From positions 24,543 through 88,542 of the forward strand of contig JAFGFG010000009.1 in assembly GCA_016931255.1 (NCBI GenBank): DNA of 64,000 nt. Reading direction: 5' to 3'. The position numbers were made by a program, and so were the translations under genes. The notes under the pieces are model-generated. The model did no database searches and had not been told where the DNA came from. It worked only from the letters and a program-made list of their open reading frames with translations. Origin of the DNA: Candidatus Aenigmatarchaeota archaeon (lineage in GTDB: Archaea; Aenigmatarchaeota; Aenigmatarchaeia; QMZP01; JAFGSV01). Shown here piece by piece: positions 37,225-46,600 of the stretch (position 1 is its first letter; the number at the start of each line of letters is the position of its first letter).

Positions 37225-38051
37225 AAGGGCAGCTGGACATAGACATAGAGTTCATGGGAGGAACCATAATATTCGTGTTCTTCGCGATGATATTCTTCTC
37301 GATGCTTCTCTTCCCGATAGTCGCCAACAGCAGCGTGACATCAAGGGTTCACAATTCAGTGGACCAGCTCTCTTTCTCAAACCTAGCTGAGGCTTACATA
37401 GAGAGGGACTACGCCAACGAGAACGGAGTGCCGGATTTCCTCAGGATGTCTCTGGACACGAACCTGCTTAAATCGTTCCGTAATTTTGTGCTTTTCGAGC
37501 AGATTCCGTCAGGAAGGTTCATATTTCCAAAATATTCAGTGATGAGCATGAATCCGGATGATTCGATCGGGCATGATACATACGGCATAACGTGGACTGG
37601 TTTCGAGAACACAAAGCCCGGAGACATACTGATACCTGTCGGCAAGATTTCGCTTGTCGATGTCCACAGGAATGGCTCGCTTGTCATAATCGATGTGTAT
37701 GATTATCCCAGATGCTCGACAGGCACTTCAGAAAGAACCGGCCTCACAGTGTATCCGCTGTGTTCATCAGTGTCTGAAGCCAGTATCGTAGACTCGGAAT
37801 CAGCACGCGACGAACTCATACTTTCAGTCATAAACGGCGCATTTCCCGGCACGGTATTCTTCATGCGCGCAGCCAAAGACATAATGGTTTCTGACATCAT
37901 GCAATCCTTCAAGGGATATGTGAGCGCGACGTGCGAAGACAGCGGGGAACATAATGTTTGCATAAGAAAATTTAGTGATTACACTACTGCCACGAGGATT
38001 CATGTTGAAATTACTCCAGGAGGTTTCTTTTGGTATGAAAGCGGCGATTAA
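37218..38051 (+). CDS. pilin-like protein
   Basis: MLKG|QLDIDIEF then TM; overlaps both neighbours. Confidence 0.68.
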   Translation: MLKGQLDIDIEFMGGTIIFVFFAMIFFSMLLFPIVANSSVTSRVHNSVDQLSFSNLAEAYIERDYANENGVPDFLRMSLDTNLLKSFRNFVLFEQIPSGRFIFPKYSVMSMNPDDSIGHDTYGITWTGFENTKPGDILIPVGKISLVDVHRNGSLVIIDVYDYPRCSTGTSERTGLTVYPLCSSVSEASIVDSESARDELILSVINGAFPGTVFFMRAAKDIMVSDIMQSFKGYVSATCEDSGEHNVCIRKFSDYTTATRIHVEITPGGFFWYESGD

Positions 38052-39090
38052 CCTCATAGGCCTGGTGACAATAGGCACAGCACTGGCAGCTGTTATAATC
38101 ATGATACACGGTGTTCCGCATGCATCTGAGATGATCAAGGTGAACTCAGAGACATCGGCCTATATCAACGTCAACGACGAGACATCGAAGCTCATGCCGA
38201 TACTCGAATCAGGCAACATCAGCTTTGCTGCAATAGACCAGCTTGCATGCGATGTCCTCGGAATCACATACCACTATCAGGATGACTACATCGATGCTGT
38301 ACTCAAATCCATGGATGCAGGAATCATAGTTTACGCAGGAGGTATGGAGAAGAAAACATACGGCAATGAGAAGAGCGACAAACTGTTCGCTGATATACCT
38401 CTTCCCGGAGGGAAAATCGGAAACATCGCGCTCATGGTCGACATACCGCGGTCAATTTCAGAGGCAAGCTTCGGCTCCAATTGGATATGGCCGCTTGAGA
38501 CACTCACCGGTATGCATGTCAGTCACTGCTACGGCGAATACAGAGAGCTCAGCGACGGCTCAACCTATACGCATTCCGGTGTGGACCTTGGCGGTAATAT
38601 CGGAGACAATGTGCATGCCGTGGCTGACGGAGAAGTCATATTCGTATGCGATAATGATGAGAGAGAACTGACAGATGAGGAGAAGAACGCACGCATAAAG
38701 GGTAACTGCAGCGGATACGGTAACAACATAATAATAAAGCACGCTGGCCTGTATGCCAGATATTCGCATCTGCACACGGAAAATGGCGTGCTCGTCTCAG
38801 TAGGGGACATAGTCACGCAGAATCAGATTATTGGCAGGATGGGAAGCACGGGCCGTTCCTTCGGCGCGCATCTCGATTTCAAGGTGTATTCATACGAACC
38901 CTATGCCAATGGCGCGTCAGGATATGATGCCAATATAGACCCACTCTGCATGTACACGCCTGAATATCTTAAGAACGTAGTGAAGCTCACGTACGAGGAA
39001 AATGACAAGGACTGCCAGCAGTCGAAGCTGTGCATAAAGTACAGGCCGTCCATTTACACAGACATTGTCGAGGAGGACCTTACAATATAG
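38035..39090 (+). CDS. pilin-like protein with C-terminal M23 metallopeptidase domain
   Basis: MKA| then TM; WIWPL..., HSGVDL (HxxxD), AVADGEV, GYGNNIIIKH, YSHL, GSTGRSFGAHLDF. Confidence 0.88.
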   Translation: MKAAINLIGLVTIGTALAAVIIMIHGVPHASEMIKVNSETSAYINVNDETSKLMPILESGNISFAAIDQLACDVLGITYHYQDDYIDAVLKSMDAGIIVYAGGMEKKTYGNEKSDKLFADIPLPGGKIGNIALMVDIPRSISEASFGSNWIWPLETLTGMHVSHCYGEYRELSDGSTYTHSGVDLGGNIGDNVHAVADGEVIFVCDNDERELTDEEKNARIKGNCSGYGNNIIIKHAGLYARYSHLHTENGVLVSVGDIVTQNQIIGRMGSTGRSFGAHLDFKVYSYEPYANGASGYDANIDPLCMYTPEYLKNVVKLTYEENDKDCQQSKLCIKYRPSIYTDIVEEDLTI

Positions 39091-39098
39091 GTGATGCT

Positions 39099-39929
39099 AT
39101 GCGAAAAGGAAATGTTGCTAATATAGTGTATGCAGCGGGGTTGGTTATAATGTTTATTATAAGCGTTTATTACATTCTTCCTGCTCTCTCGAACACTGAT
39201 AAGAATCCTGTCATGGTGATGGTGGACAATACAGTTTACCTACTCAAGGATTCCGCAGAGGTCGCGAAGTCATTTGTGGACAATTCAGCCCGGTATTCAC
39301 TCTATCAGGCGGTGTATTCCAATTCACTGAAAGGCGGCATGAATCAGACAGTAAATGCTGTCAGCATAGGCGGTACAACATATGAGCTATGGTATGACGG
39401 TGCAGATGTCTCGCCTGACGAGGTGAGAATAAAGGAAGAGCTGCGCAAGACTTTCAGTCATTGGTTCTCCATGTATGTGGGGCGCAGTGTGATAAAGGCA
39501 TTTACACCCGTCATGCCACCGAAATACAACGATTTCACATTCAGGAATGACGGATACTACCATACAGGTGTTTTTGCTGAATCGGATGATGTCATGCGTG
39601 CACAGATGACAATGGAGAATGGCGATGCGCTCACAGTGTCTGTGAATGCTGACATAAACATGAGCCTTCCAATACCTTACTTCCTGCTTGTCAGTGAAGG
39701 CAGGGAATTCAAGGACGACATAAAGGGCCAACTGACAAACTGCAGCTCAGAACTTACGAAATCTTACGAAAAGCCAGAACTTATTTTCTCTTCAATGGCA
39801 ACAATTTCCGATGGATATTGCATAGTCGCTGTTGATATCACGAGCAAGAGGGAATTTTTAGTATGGGACGGAAGTGCGTCTTTCAAACCCATAACCCTCA
39901 GATTCGCCATGCGCCAGTCAATGAGCTGA
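39099..39929 (+). CDS. pilin-like protein
   Basis: AGGTGA RBS; MRKG|NVANIVY then TM. Confidence 0.65.
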   Translation: MRKGNVANIVYAAGLVIMFIISVYYILPALSNTDKNPVMVMVDNTVYLLKDSAEVAKSFVDNSARYSLYQAVYSNSLKGGMNQTVNAVSIGGTTYELWYDGADVSPDEVRIKEELRKTFSHWFSMYVGRSVIKAFTPVMPPKYNDFTFRNDGYYHTGVFAESDDVMRAQMTMENGDALTVSVNADINMSLPIPYFLLVSEGREFKDDIKGQLTNCSSELTKSYEKPELIFSSMATISDGYCIVAVDITSKREFLVWDGSASFKPITLRFAMRQSMS

Positions 39930-40018
39930 GAAACATTTAAAAAACGAGATTTCAACAATCTATTACTAAGGCTACCGTCATGGTAGATACAGCAATACAG
40001 TACTTGGAGGTGTTAGTA

Positions 40019-40504
40019 ATGGCAGAAGAACAGAAGATACTCGACAGCGTAATCGGGGAAAACAAGCCGGCTGATGAAGAAACACAGCCGGAGACAGAAG
40101 AAGAGGTTCATGAAGAGCCTGTAGAGGAAAAACCAGAAGAATTACCAGAGGAAGCGCCTGAAGAAAAGACAGTGGAGCAGCCCGTCAAAGAAAAGGTATC
40201 ACCAAAGCCCGAGGAAAAGGCTCCGGTGAGGGAGAAAATCGGCGAGAACGTGATATTCGTGGGGAAGAAGCCTACAATGAGCTATGTGCTTGCCGCAATC
40301 ACCCAGTTCTCCGACGGGTTTGATGAAATACACATCAAGGCACGCGGAAGGAGCATAAGCACCGCAGTCGATGTCGCAGAGGTTGTGAAGAACCGTTTCG
40401 TTCAGGGAGCCAGGACAGATGTAACCATCGGAACCCATGAGATAATCGACGACCGGAAGAACAAGCTTAATGTATCCACAATAGACATAGCAATCAGGAA
40501 GTAA
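40019..40504 (+). CDS. albA: DNA/RNA-binding protein Alba with acidic N-terminal extension
   Basis: IFVGKKPTMSYV...KARGRSISTAVDVAE...VSTIDI; GGAGGTG RBS. Confidence 0.92.
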   Translation: MAEEQKILDSVIGENKPADEETQPETEEEVHEEPVEEKPEELPEEAPEEKTVEQPVKEKVSPKPEEKAPVREKIGENVIFVGKKPTMSYVLAAITQFSDGFDEIHIKARGRSISTAVDVAEVVKNRFVQGARTDVTIGTHEIIDDRKNKLNVSTIDIAIRK

Positions 40505-40617
40505 GTCGTTGTTTTTGTTTTCAGAAGAGCTACGGCTTTGTTCAAATTAATAAACATCAGCTCAAATATATACTATTTCAGTCTGCTTTTTCAGGCGGAT
40601 AAAAAAGGGGTGATTTT

Positions 40618-41853
40618 ATGGAGAAGTTCAGGATTAAGAAGATAAAGGCAAGGGAGATTCTCGATTCCAGAGGCAATCCCACCGTTGAGGTTGATGTTTA
40701 CACAGGCGCAGGGCTTGCGAGAGCCGCTGTGCCAAGCGGTGCCAGTACGGGCAAGCACGAGGCTATAGAACTCAGGGACGGAGGAAAGCGTTATGGCGGA
40801 AAAGGTGTCCTGAAGGCTGTCGGCAATGTCAACGGGCTTATAGCAAAGCATCTCACAGGTCATGATGTATCGAACCAGGCGGCTATTGACGAGACGCTTA
40901 TTGAACTGGATGGTACTGAAAACAAGTCCAGCCTCGGTGCGAATGCACTTCTAGGAGTGAGCATGGCTGTATGCAAGGCTGCTGCAATGGGAAAGGGTGT
41001 ACCCCTGTACAGATACATAGCAGGGCTTTCCGGGAACAAGAAGATTGCACTCCCAACACCTTCGATGAATGTCATAAACGGCGGAGCCCATGCAGGAAAC
41101 AAGCTGGACATACAGGAATTCATGATTCAGCCTTTCGGCAGGAATTTCGCAGAATCACTCAGGATGAGCGCGGAAACCTACCACATCCTCAAGGGAATAA
41201 TCAAGGAAAAGCACGGAAAGGATGCCATAAATGTCGGCGATGAGGGCGGATTCGCGCCTCCCATCAACAGCGCCACCGAGGCTATTGAGATGATTATGAA
41301 GGCAGTGGAGGAAGCTGGTTATCACGGAAAGATTTCCCTTGCAATTGACTCTGCTGCATCGGCATTCTACAAGAACGGAATATACCATCTTGACGGAAAG
41401 AAGTTCGACACAGGAGAGCTCGTGGATTTCTACGCAGATTTGTCGAAGACATATCCTATTGTCCTGCTTGAGGACCCCTTCGAGGAAGAGGACTGGCACG
41501 GATTCGCAGAGCTCACGCAGAAGATTGGCAACACTATAGTCGTGATGGGAGACGACCTTCTTGTGACGAATGTGAAAAGGATAAACAAGGCCATAGACAT
41601 GAATGCAGTCAACGGCCTGCTGCTGAAGGTGAACCAGATAGGCACAGTCACAGAATCAATAAGCGCTGCAAAGCTTGCAATGGCTAACGGATGGAGGGTG
41701 ATGGTTTCGCACAGATCAGGCGAGACTTCAGACAATTTCATAGCTGATCTGGTGGTAGGGCTTAACACAGGACTGATAAAGACAGGCGCTCCGTGCAGGT
41801 CCGAGAGGCTTTCAAAGTACAACCAGCTTCTCAGGATAGAGGAGGAGCTCTGA
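40618..41853 (+). CDS. eno: enolase
   Basis: [42 protein letters not shown]. Confidence 0.98.
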   Translation: MEKFRIKKIKAREILDSRGNPTVEVDVYTGAGLARAAVPSGASTGKHEAIELRDGGKRYGGKGVLKAVGNVNGLIAKHLTGHDVSNQAAIDETLIELDGTENKSSLGANALLGVSMAVCKAAAMGKGVPLYRYIAGLSGNKKIALPTPSMNVINGGAHAGNKLDIQEFMIQPFGRNFAESLRMSAETYHILKGIIKEKHGKDAINVGDEGGFAPPINSATEAIEMIMKAVEEAGYHGKISLAIDSAASAFYKNGIYHLDGKKFDTGELVDFYADLSKTYPIVLLEDPFEEEDWHGFAELTQKIGNTIVVMGDDLLVTNVKRINKAIDMNAVNGLLLKVNQIGTVTESISAAKLAMANGWRVMVSHRSGETSDNFIADLVVGLNTGLIKTGAPCRSERLSKYNQLLRIEEEL

Positions 41854-41861
41854 GCTTCCAC

Positions 41862-43382
41862 ATGTCTTCAAAGGTGCTCCTGATAATAAGGGACGGATGG
41901 GGTTTCAGCAAAGAAAAGAAAGGCAATGCGATAAAAGCCGCGAATACACCCAATGATGACCGTTATGTCAGCGAGTACCCGACTTCTGTAATAAAATGCA
42001 CAGGAAACGATGTGGGAAATCCTGATGGTGTTCAGGGAGGCTCTGAGGTTGGCCATCTGACAATAGGCGCAGGCCGGATAGTATGGCAGCCGTACGAGCT
42101 GATAAACCAGAAGATAAAATCAGGTGAATTCTTCAGGAACAACGTTCTCCTCGGCGCCATTGAGAACTGCAGAAAGAATGGAAGCAGCCTTCATGTTTCC
42201 GGTCTCTTCTCAGACCAGGGCATCCATGCAGACCTCAGGCACATGTTCGCGGTTCTTGAGCTTGCCAAGAAGAATGATTTCAAGCGCGTGTTTATTCATC
42301 TCTGTCTCGATGGAAGGGATGTTCCTGAGAGGTCCGCGCTGGGCTTCGTTAGTCAGCTAAACAAGAAGATTAATGATATTGGTGTGGGTCAGATAGCATC
42401 TGTTTCCGGTCGTTACTACGGCATGGACCGTGACAAAAACTGGAGCAGGACATTGGCATTCTATGAGCTCCTTACAGAGGGAAAGGGCTTTGAGGCTGAA
42501 AGCGCTGAAGATGCCATAAATGAAGCATATAATCGCGGGGACAAGACGGATTACTACATCAAGCCGACTGTCATTCTCAAGGATGGGAAGCCTGCCGCAC
42601 TGCTGAAGGACAATGACTCAATGATATGGTACAATTTCAGAAGCGACCGCTCAAGGCAGATAACAGCAATGGTGAACTCGCTTCCTTACTGCACTGAAAA
42701 AACCGGGAAGAAAATAAACGTCCATTATGTCTGCTTCTCGTCATATGACGACAACTGGAACATCCCTGTTGCATTCCCGCAGGAGAAGATTTCAAACAAC
42801 CTCGGAAACGTGCTTTCTGCCAAAGGCCTTAGCCAGCTAAGGATAGCCGAGACCGAGAAATACGCGCATGTCACGTTTTTCTTCAACAGCCAGGTGGAGA
42901 AGGAGAATCCCGGAGAGAAGAGGATACTCGTGGACTCACCGAAAGTGCCGTCGTATGACCAGAAGCCAGAGATGTCTGCATATGAGGTAACAGATAAGCT
43001 TCTGCAAGAGATAGGGAAACACGATTTTATTGCGGTGAATTATGCCAATCCGGACCTTGTTGGGCATTCAGGTGTCTTCGATGCCACTGTAAAGGCATGC
43101 GAGGTTGTGGATGAATGTTCAGGAAAGGTTGTCGAGAAGGCGCTTTCCAATGGATATACGGTTTTCCTGATGGCTGACCACGGTAATGCTGATCACATGC
43201 TCTACGAGGACGGCTCGCCCAATCCATCACACGGCTTCAATCCTGTCAGGCTGACAATCATAGGAAACAAAAAAATCAGCAAGCTCCGTGACGGCGGCAT
43301 GAAAGACATCGCACCAACCATTCTGGAAACAATGGGAATAAAGAAGCCGAAGGAAATGACAGGCAAGAGCCTTATTCTATGA
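41862..43382 (+). CDS. gpmI: 2,3-bisphosphoglycerate-independent phosphoglycerate mutase (GpmI type)
   Basis: DGWG, SEVGHLTIGAGR, DGRD, GRYYGMDRD, ETEKYAHVTFF, DLVGH, ADHGN. Confidence 0.96.
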   Translation: MSSKVLLIIRDGWGFSKEKKGNAIKAANTPNDDRYVSEYPTSVIKCTGNDVGNPDGVQGGSEVGHLTIGAGRIVWQPYELINQKIKSGEFFRNNVLLGAIENCRKNGSSLHVSGLFSDQGIHADLRHMFAVLELAKKNDFKRVFIHLCLDGRDVPERSALGFVSQLNKKINDIGVGQIASVSGRYYGMDRDKNWSRTLAFYELLTEGKGFEAESAEDAINEAYNRGDKTDYYIKPTVILKDGKPAALLKDNDSMIWYNFRSDRSRQITAMVNSLPYCTEKTGKKINVHYVCFSSYDDNWNIPVAFPQEKISNNLGNVLSAKGLSQLRIAETEKYAHVTFFFNSQVEKENPGEKRILVDSPKVPSYDQKPEMSAYEVTDKLLQEIGKHDFIAVNYANPDLVGHSGVFDATVKACEVVDECSGKVVEKALSNGYTVFLMADHGNADHMLYEDGSPNPSHGFNPVRLTIIGNKKISKLRDGGMKDIAPTILETMGIKKPKEMTGKSLIL

Positions 43383-43767
43383 TGTCTATGTCCTTTATCA
43401 GGACGATGTTGGGGGGTGTTTGCTTTCCGCGGTTGCACGGCTCGGAATCCATGATTTTGGTGGTCTTCCTAAGGAATTTGTTCAGTATGCTGGAAGTGAG
43501 CTTCGCGCCGGGTGATTTGTGCACTATCTGCTTGACAACGTTTATTTTCGTGGTGTAGTTGACAGTCACATCAGACGACAGCCTTTCGCCTTCCATTGTT
43601 ATCTCAAGCTCACCGTTGTTTATCTTCGCGTCGAATCTCACTCCGTCTATCTCCGTCCAGTCTATGACCTCTGCGAGATATTCCAGGTCACTGTCTTTGA
43701 CATCCCTGGCGAGAAGATTTCCCTTACTGTCTATGGAACCGAATATGGCCTTCAGCAGAAGCTTCAT
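43372..43767 (-). CDS. hypothetical protein
   Basis: 131-aa ORF starting 8 nt after the AMP phosphorylase stop. Confidence 0.55.
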   Translation of the reverse strand: MKLLLKAIFGSIDSKGNLLARDVKDSDLEYLAEVIDWTEIDGVRFDAKINNGELEITMEGERLSSDVTVNYTTKINVVKQIVHKSPGAKLTSSILNKFLRKTTKIMDSEPCNRGKQTPPNIVLIKDIDIIE

Positions 43768-43775
43768 AAATATAT

Positions 43776-45326
43776 TTACCTTTCCAGAATAAAGTATTTC
43801 GGGTGGTCCATAACCCTGGGTATCTTCTCAAGCAGCATGTCGTACTTCTTTCCGACACCGACTGCCCTTACTGACTGGGCTATCTCCAGCGCCCTTTCAA
43901 GCTTGTACTTCTTCTCAGCATAGATATCAAAGAGAGTGTCACCCTTCTTTACAGTGTCACCAATCTTCTTGTGAAGGTAAATTCCTGCGCCCTTGTCTTT
44001 TGGCGTGCCGGATGCCCTTGCTATCTCGACTATGGCACGGTTGTCTATCCATCCGACAACACCGCTGACAGATGATTTTACCTCAACCTTCTCAGGACCT
44101 ATAGGAAGGTCGTCCGGCTTTATGTTAGGGTCCCCGCCCTGCGCTTCTATTATCTCCTGAAGCTTTTTGTAGGCCTTTCCGCTCTTGAGCAGGCGAAGTG
44201 CTTCTTCTTTCCCGCTCTTTTTCATCTTGAAGTCAAGGAGCATTCCCGCTATTGTGGTTACCTTGTCCACGATATCCTCAGGTCCCCTCCCGTACATAAG
44301 CGTGCTGAGGGCCTCCCTTGCCTCGAGCGCCGGTCCTATTCCGTGGCCAATTGGCTGCTCGCCGAATGTGGACGCTCCCACTGTCTGTATTCCAAGCTTC
44401 TTTCCGAGAGTTATGAATTTCTCAGCCAGCGCTTCTGCGTCTTTTGTTGTTTTCACTTTCGTGCCTTCACCTGTGGGTATGTCTATGACAAGATACTTTG
44501 CCCCAACTGCCTTTTTCTTTGACATCACAGACGGCAGAAGAAGGGGGTCTATGGAAAGCGGATACTCGATTTTTATGAAAATGTCATCAGCAGGTGCGAG
44601 GTCCACAGCGCCTCCCCATACAAGGCATGCGTTCACCTTCTTTACAACGCGCTTGATTTCCTCAAGGTTGAGGTCTACAGGAGCCAGGCATTCGAACCTG
44701 TCTGCTGTTCCCGCGGGGGATGTTATTGCCCTGCTCGATGTCTTGGGTATCGTAAGCCCTGCTGCTCCTATCACAGGCACCACCATCATTGATGTCTTGT
44801 CACCCGGAACACCGCCTATTGAGTGCTTGTCGTAGATGTCCTTCTTTCCGAGGTCAAGCGTTTTTCCCGTCAGCGCCATGTGCCTTGAAAGCGATGCCAC
44901 CTCTGAAGTGGTCATTCCGTGATACTCGAGGGCTGTCACAAAAGCAGTGAGCTCTATTTCCGAGAGCCTCCGTTCAACCGTATCCTCGACAATCTTCCTT
45001 ATTGCGCTGTCATCGAGCGTCTTTCCGGCCATCTTGTCCTTTATGTACTTTATTGACATGGGTGGTGCTGATGGTATGACATCCACAAGCTGGTTAGGCT
45101 TGGCATTGGTATACCTTGAGATTTTTCTGTAAAGTCCAATCTCACCGCTCTTTATGAAATGCTCAGCGATGTTGACTATGCAGTTGACCTTTTTCCTGCC
45201 GACAATAAGCTCGACCCTGTCCAGAGGCCTTACGTCTATCTCTTCCGCATCCTCCTTGTTGAGAAGAACTATCGGCTTGTCAGCCTCAAGTCCGAGTATC
45301 TTTGCATTAAGCTTCATCATGACCAT
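43776..45326 (-). CDS. AMP phosphorylase
   Basis: DKHSIGGVPG, PKTSSRAITSPAGTAD, LAPADD, GPALEA; N-terminal extension typical of AMP phosphorylases. Confidence 0.95.
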   Translation of the reverse strand: MVMMKLNAKILGLEADKPIVLLNKEDAEEIDVRPLDRVELIVGRKKVNCIVNIAEHFIKSGEIGLYRKISRYTNAKPNQLVDVIPSAPPMSIKYIKDKMAGKTLDDSAIRKIVEDTVERRLSEIELTAFVTALEYHGMTTSEVASLSRHMALTGKTLDLGKKDIYDKHSIGGVPGDKTSMMVVPVIGAAGLTIPKTSSRAITSPAGTADRFECLAPVDLNLEEIKRVVKKVNACLVWGGAVDLAPADDIFIKIEYPLSIDPLLLPSVMSKKKAVGAKYLVIDIPTGEGTKVKTTKDAEALAEKFITLGKKLGIQTVGASTFGEQPIGHGIGPALEAREALSTLMYGRGPEDIVDKVTTIAGMLLDFKMKKSGKEEALRLLKSGKAYKKLQEIIEAQGGDPNIKPDDLPIGPEKVEVKSSVSGVVGWIDNRAIVEIARASGTPKDKGAGIYLHKKIGDTVKKGDTLFDIYAEKKYKLERALEIAQSVRAVGVGKKYDMLLEKIPRVMDHPKYFILER

Positions 45327-46555
45327 TTCCTGAGAGCCTGCGCAAGCTCATTATTATCTTTGGCATAATTCTTTAAATCGATGCCCTGCATTACTGCTTC
45401 AGCAGCCTGCCTTATCGCCATTGCGCCTTTCACTGTACCGCCGGGATGCCCGTGGCATCCACCGCCGAACTGGGCGATGATGTCTTTTCCCATCTTATTT
45501 ACAAGCTCCGGAAGCATGCCGGGTTCAAGCCCCCCCGATGCAACGGAGAATGTCCTTTTCAGGCCATGCCATTCATCATTTAGTGCATTCTGCAGAATTA
45601 TCGCGGGGTCTTCCTGAACCATCTTCCCAACGGATGCAGTTCCTATATGCAGCTGGTCCATTCCTATCATTCTGGAAATCCTTGAAATCACAAGCATGGA
45701 TATTCCGTGCTTAGGGTTCCGGTCAAATGCCGCATGCCCAGCTCTGTGCGCATGCATGACCATTTTCCAGTCCATGTTGCATTCCCGTATTGTCTGAAGT
45801 CCTGACCATCCCAGAGTGACTATGTCAACCATTATATACTCCCCACCATTGCTCATGACGAATTCTGCTCTTTTTTTCATTTCTTCTGTTTCCGCAGTGA
45901 TGTTAGGCATATAGACTTTCTTTTCACCGGTTTCATTTTCAGCCCTGTCCCGAAGCTTCAGCGTTTCTTTTATTCTCTTCTCAAATTTATTGAACCTCAT
46001 TGAGGAAAGGTTCTCATCATCCTTCACGATGTCAAGGCCTCCTCTCCATGCATCATAGGCAACTTTTGCGTGCTCCTTTTCATCAAGCCCTATCTTCGGC
46101 TTGACTATGGTTCCCAGAAGCGGTCTTTCATGGGTTTTGAGGAGAGTTCTTATTCCCTTTACTCCAACCTGTGGTCCCCTGAATGATTTAACTATATCCT
46201 TGGTAAAATGTATGTCATTAAGTCTGATGTTCTTTACATGCTTCATTCCGAAAATGTTCCCGCCCACTGAACTCATTATCTGGGGCACGTTTCCTTTTTC
46301 GAAAAGCTCTTCAGGATAAGCGATTTTCACGTTGTTGCCTTTTATTTCGAAGACCTTTGCGCCCATTTTCTGTATCTGCGGCTTCATTGTTGAAACTGCT
46401 GTCCACGTTCCTATGCTGGATTCCGCAGCCACATGCTCTGCTGCCTTTTCCACGTTGAGACCATGATTCGGCTCTATGTAGAAATCACATACAACATCGT
46501 TCTTTCCTGGCTTGTAATCAGGCTGTATGTATCCCGAGGGCTTTATGTTTGACAT
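45317..46555 (-). CDS. rbcL: RuBisCO large subunit, form III
   Basis: AAESSIGTW, GTIVKPKIGL, GGLDIVKDDE, HAHRAGH, loop-6 VGKM, SGG, GGGCHGHP. Confidence 0.95.
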   Translation of the reverse strand: MSNIKPSGYIQPDYKPGKNDVVCDFYIEPNHGLNVEKAAEHVAAESSIGTWTAVSTMKPQIQKMGAKVFEIKGNNVKIAYPEELFEKGNVPQIMSSVGGNIFGMKHVKNIRLNDIHFTKDIVKSFRGPQVGVKGIRTLLKTHERPLLGTIVKPKIGLDEKEHAKVAYDAWRGGLDIVKDDENLSSMRFNKFEKRIKETLKLRDRAENETGEKKVYMPNITAETEEMKKRAEFVMSNGGEYIMVDIVTLGWSGLQTIRECNMDWKMVMHAHRAGHAAFDRNPKHGISMLVISRISRMIGMDQLHIGTASVGKMVQEDPAIILQNALNDEWHGLKRTFSVASGGLEPGMLPELVNKMGKDIIAQFGGGCHGHPGGTVKGAMAIRQAAEAVMQGIDLKNYAKDNNELAQALRKWS

Positions 46556-46600
46556 ATTTCACCAATATATTCTATTCACATTTTTCAAATAAAAATCAAC

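Noticed and set aside
35335-39090. Prophage lysis cassette or bacterial contamination as the source of the hydrolases
   Set aside because: Both carry pilin-like N-termini and are embedded in an archaeal-type pilus operon; no phage structural genes; composition looks like the flanks (not computed)
27440-39929. Archaellum or conjugative element interpretation
   Set aside because: No archaellin-type signal, ArlH/F/G, VirB4/VirD4, relaxase or integrase recognised; flanks are housekeeping genes
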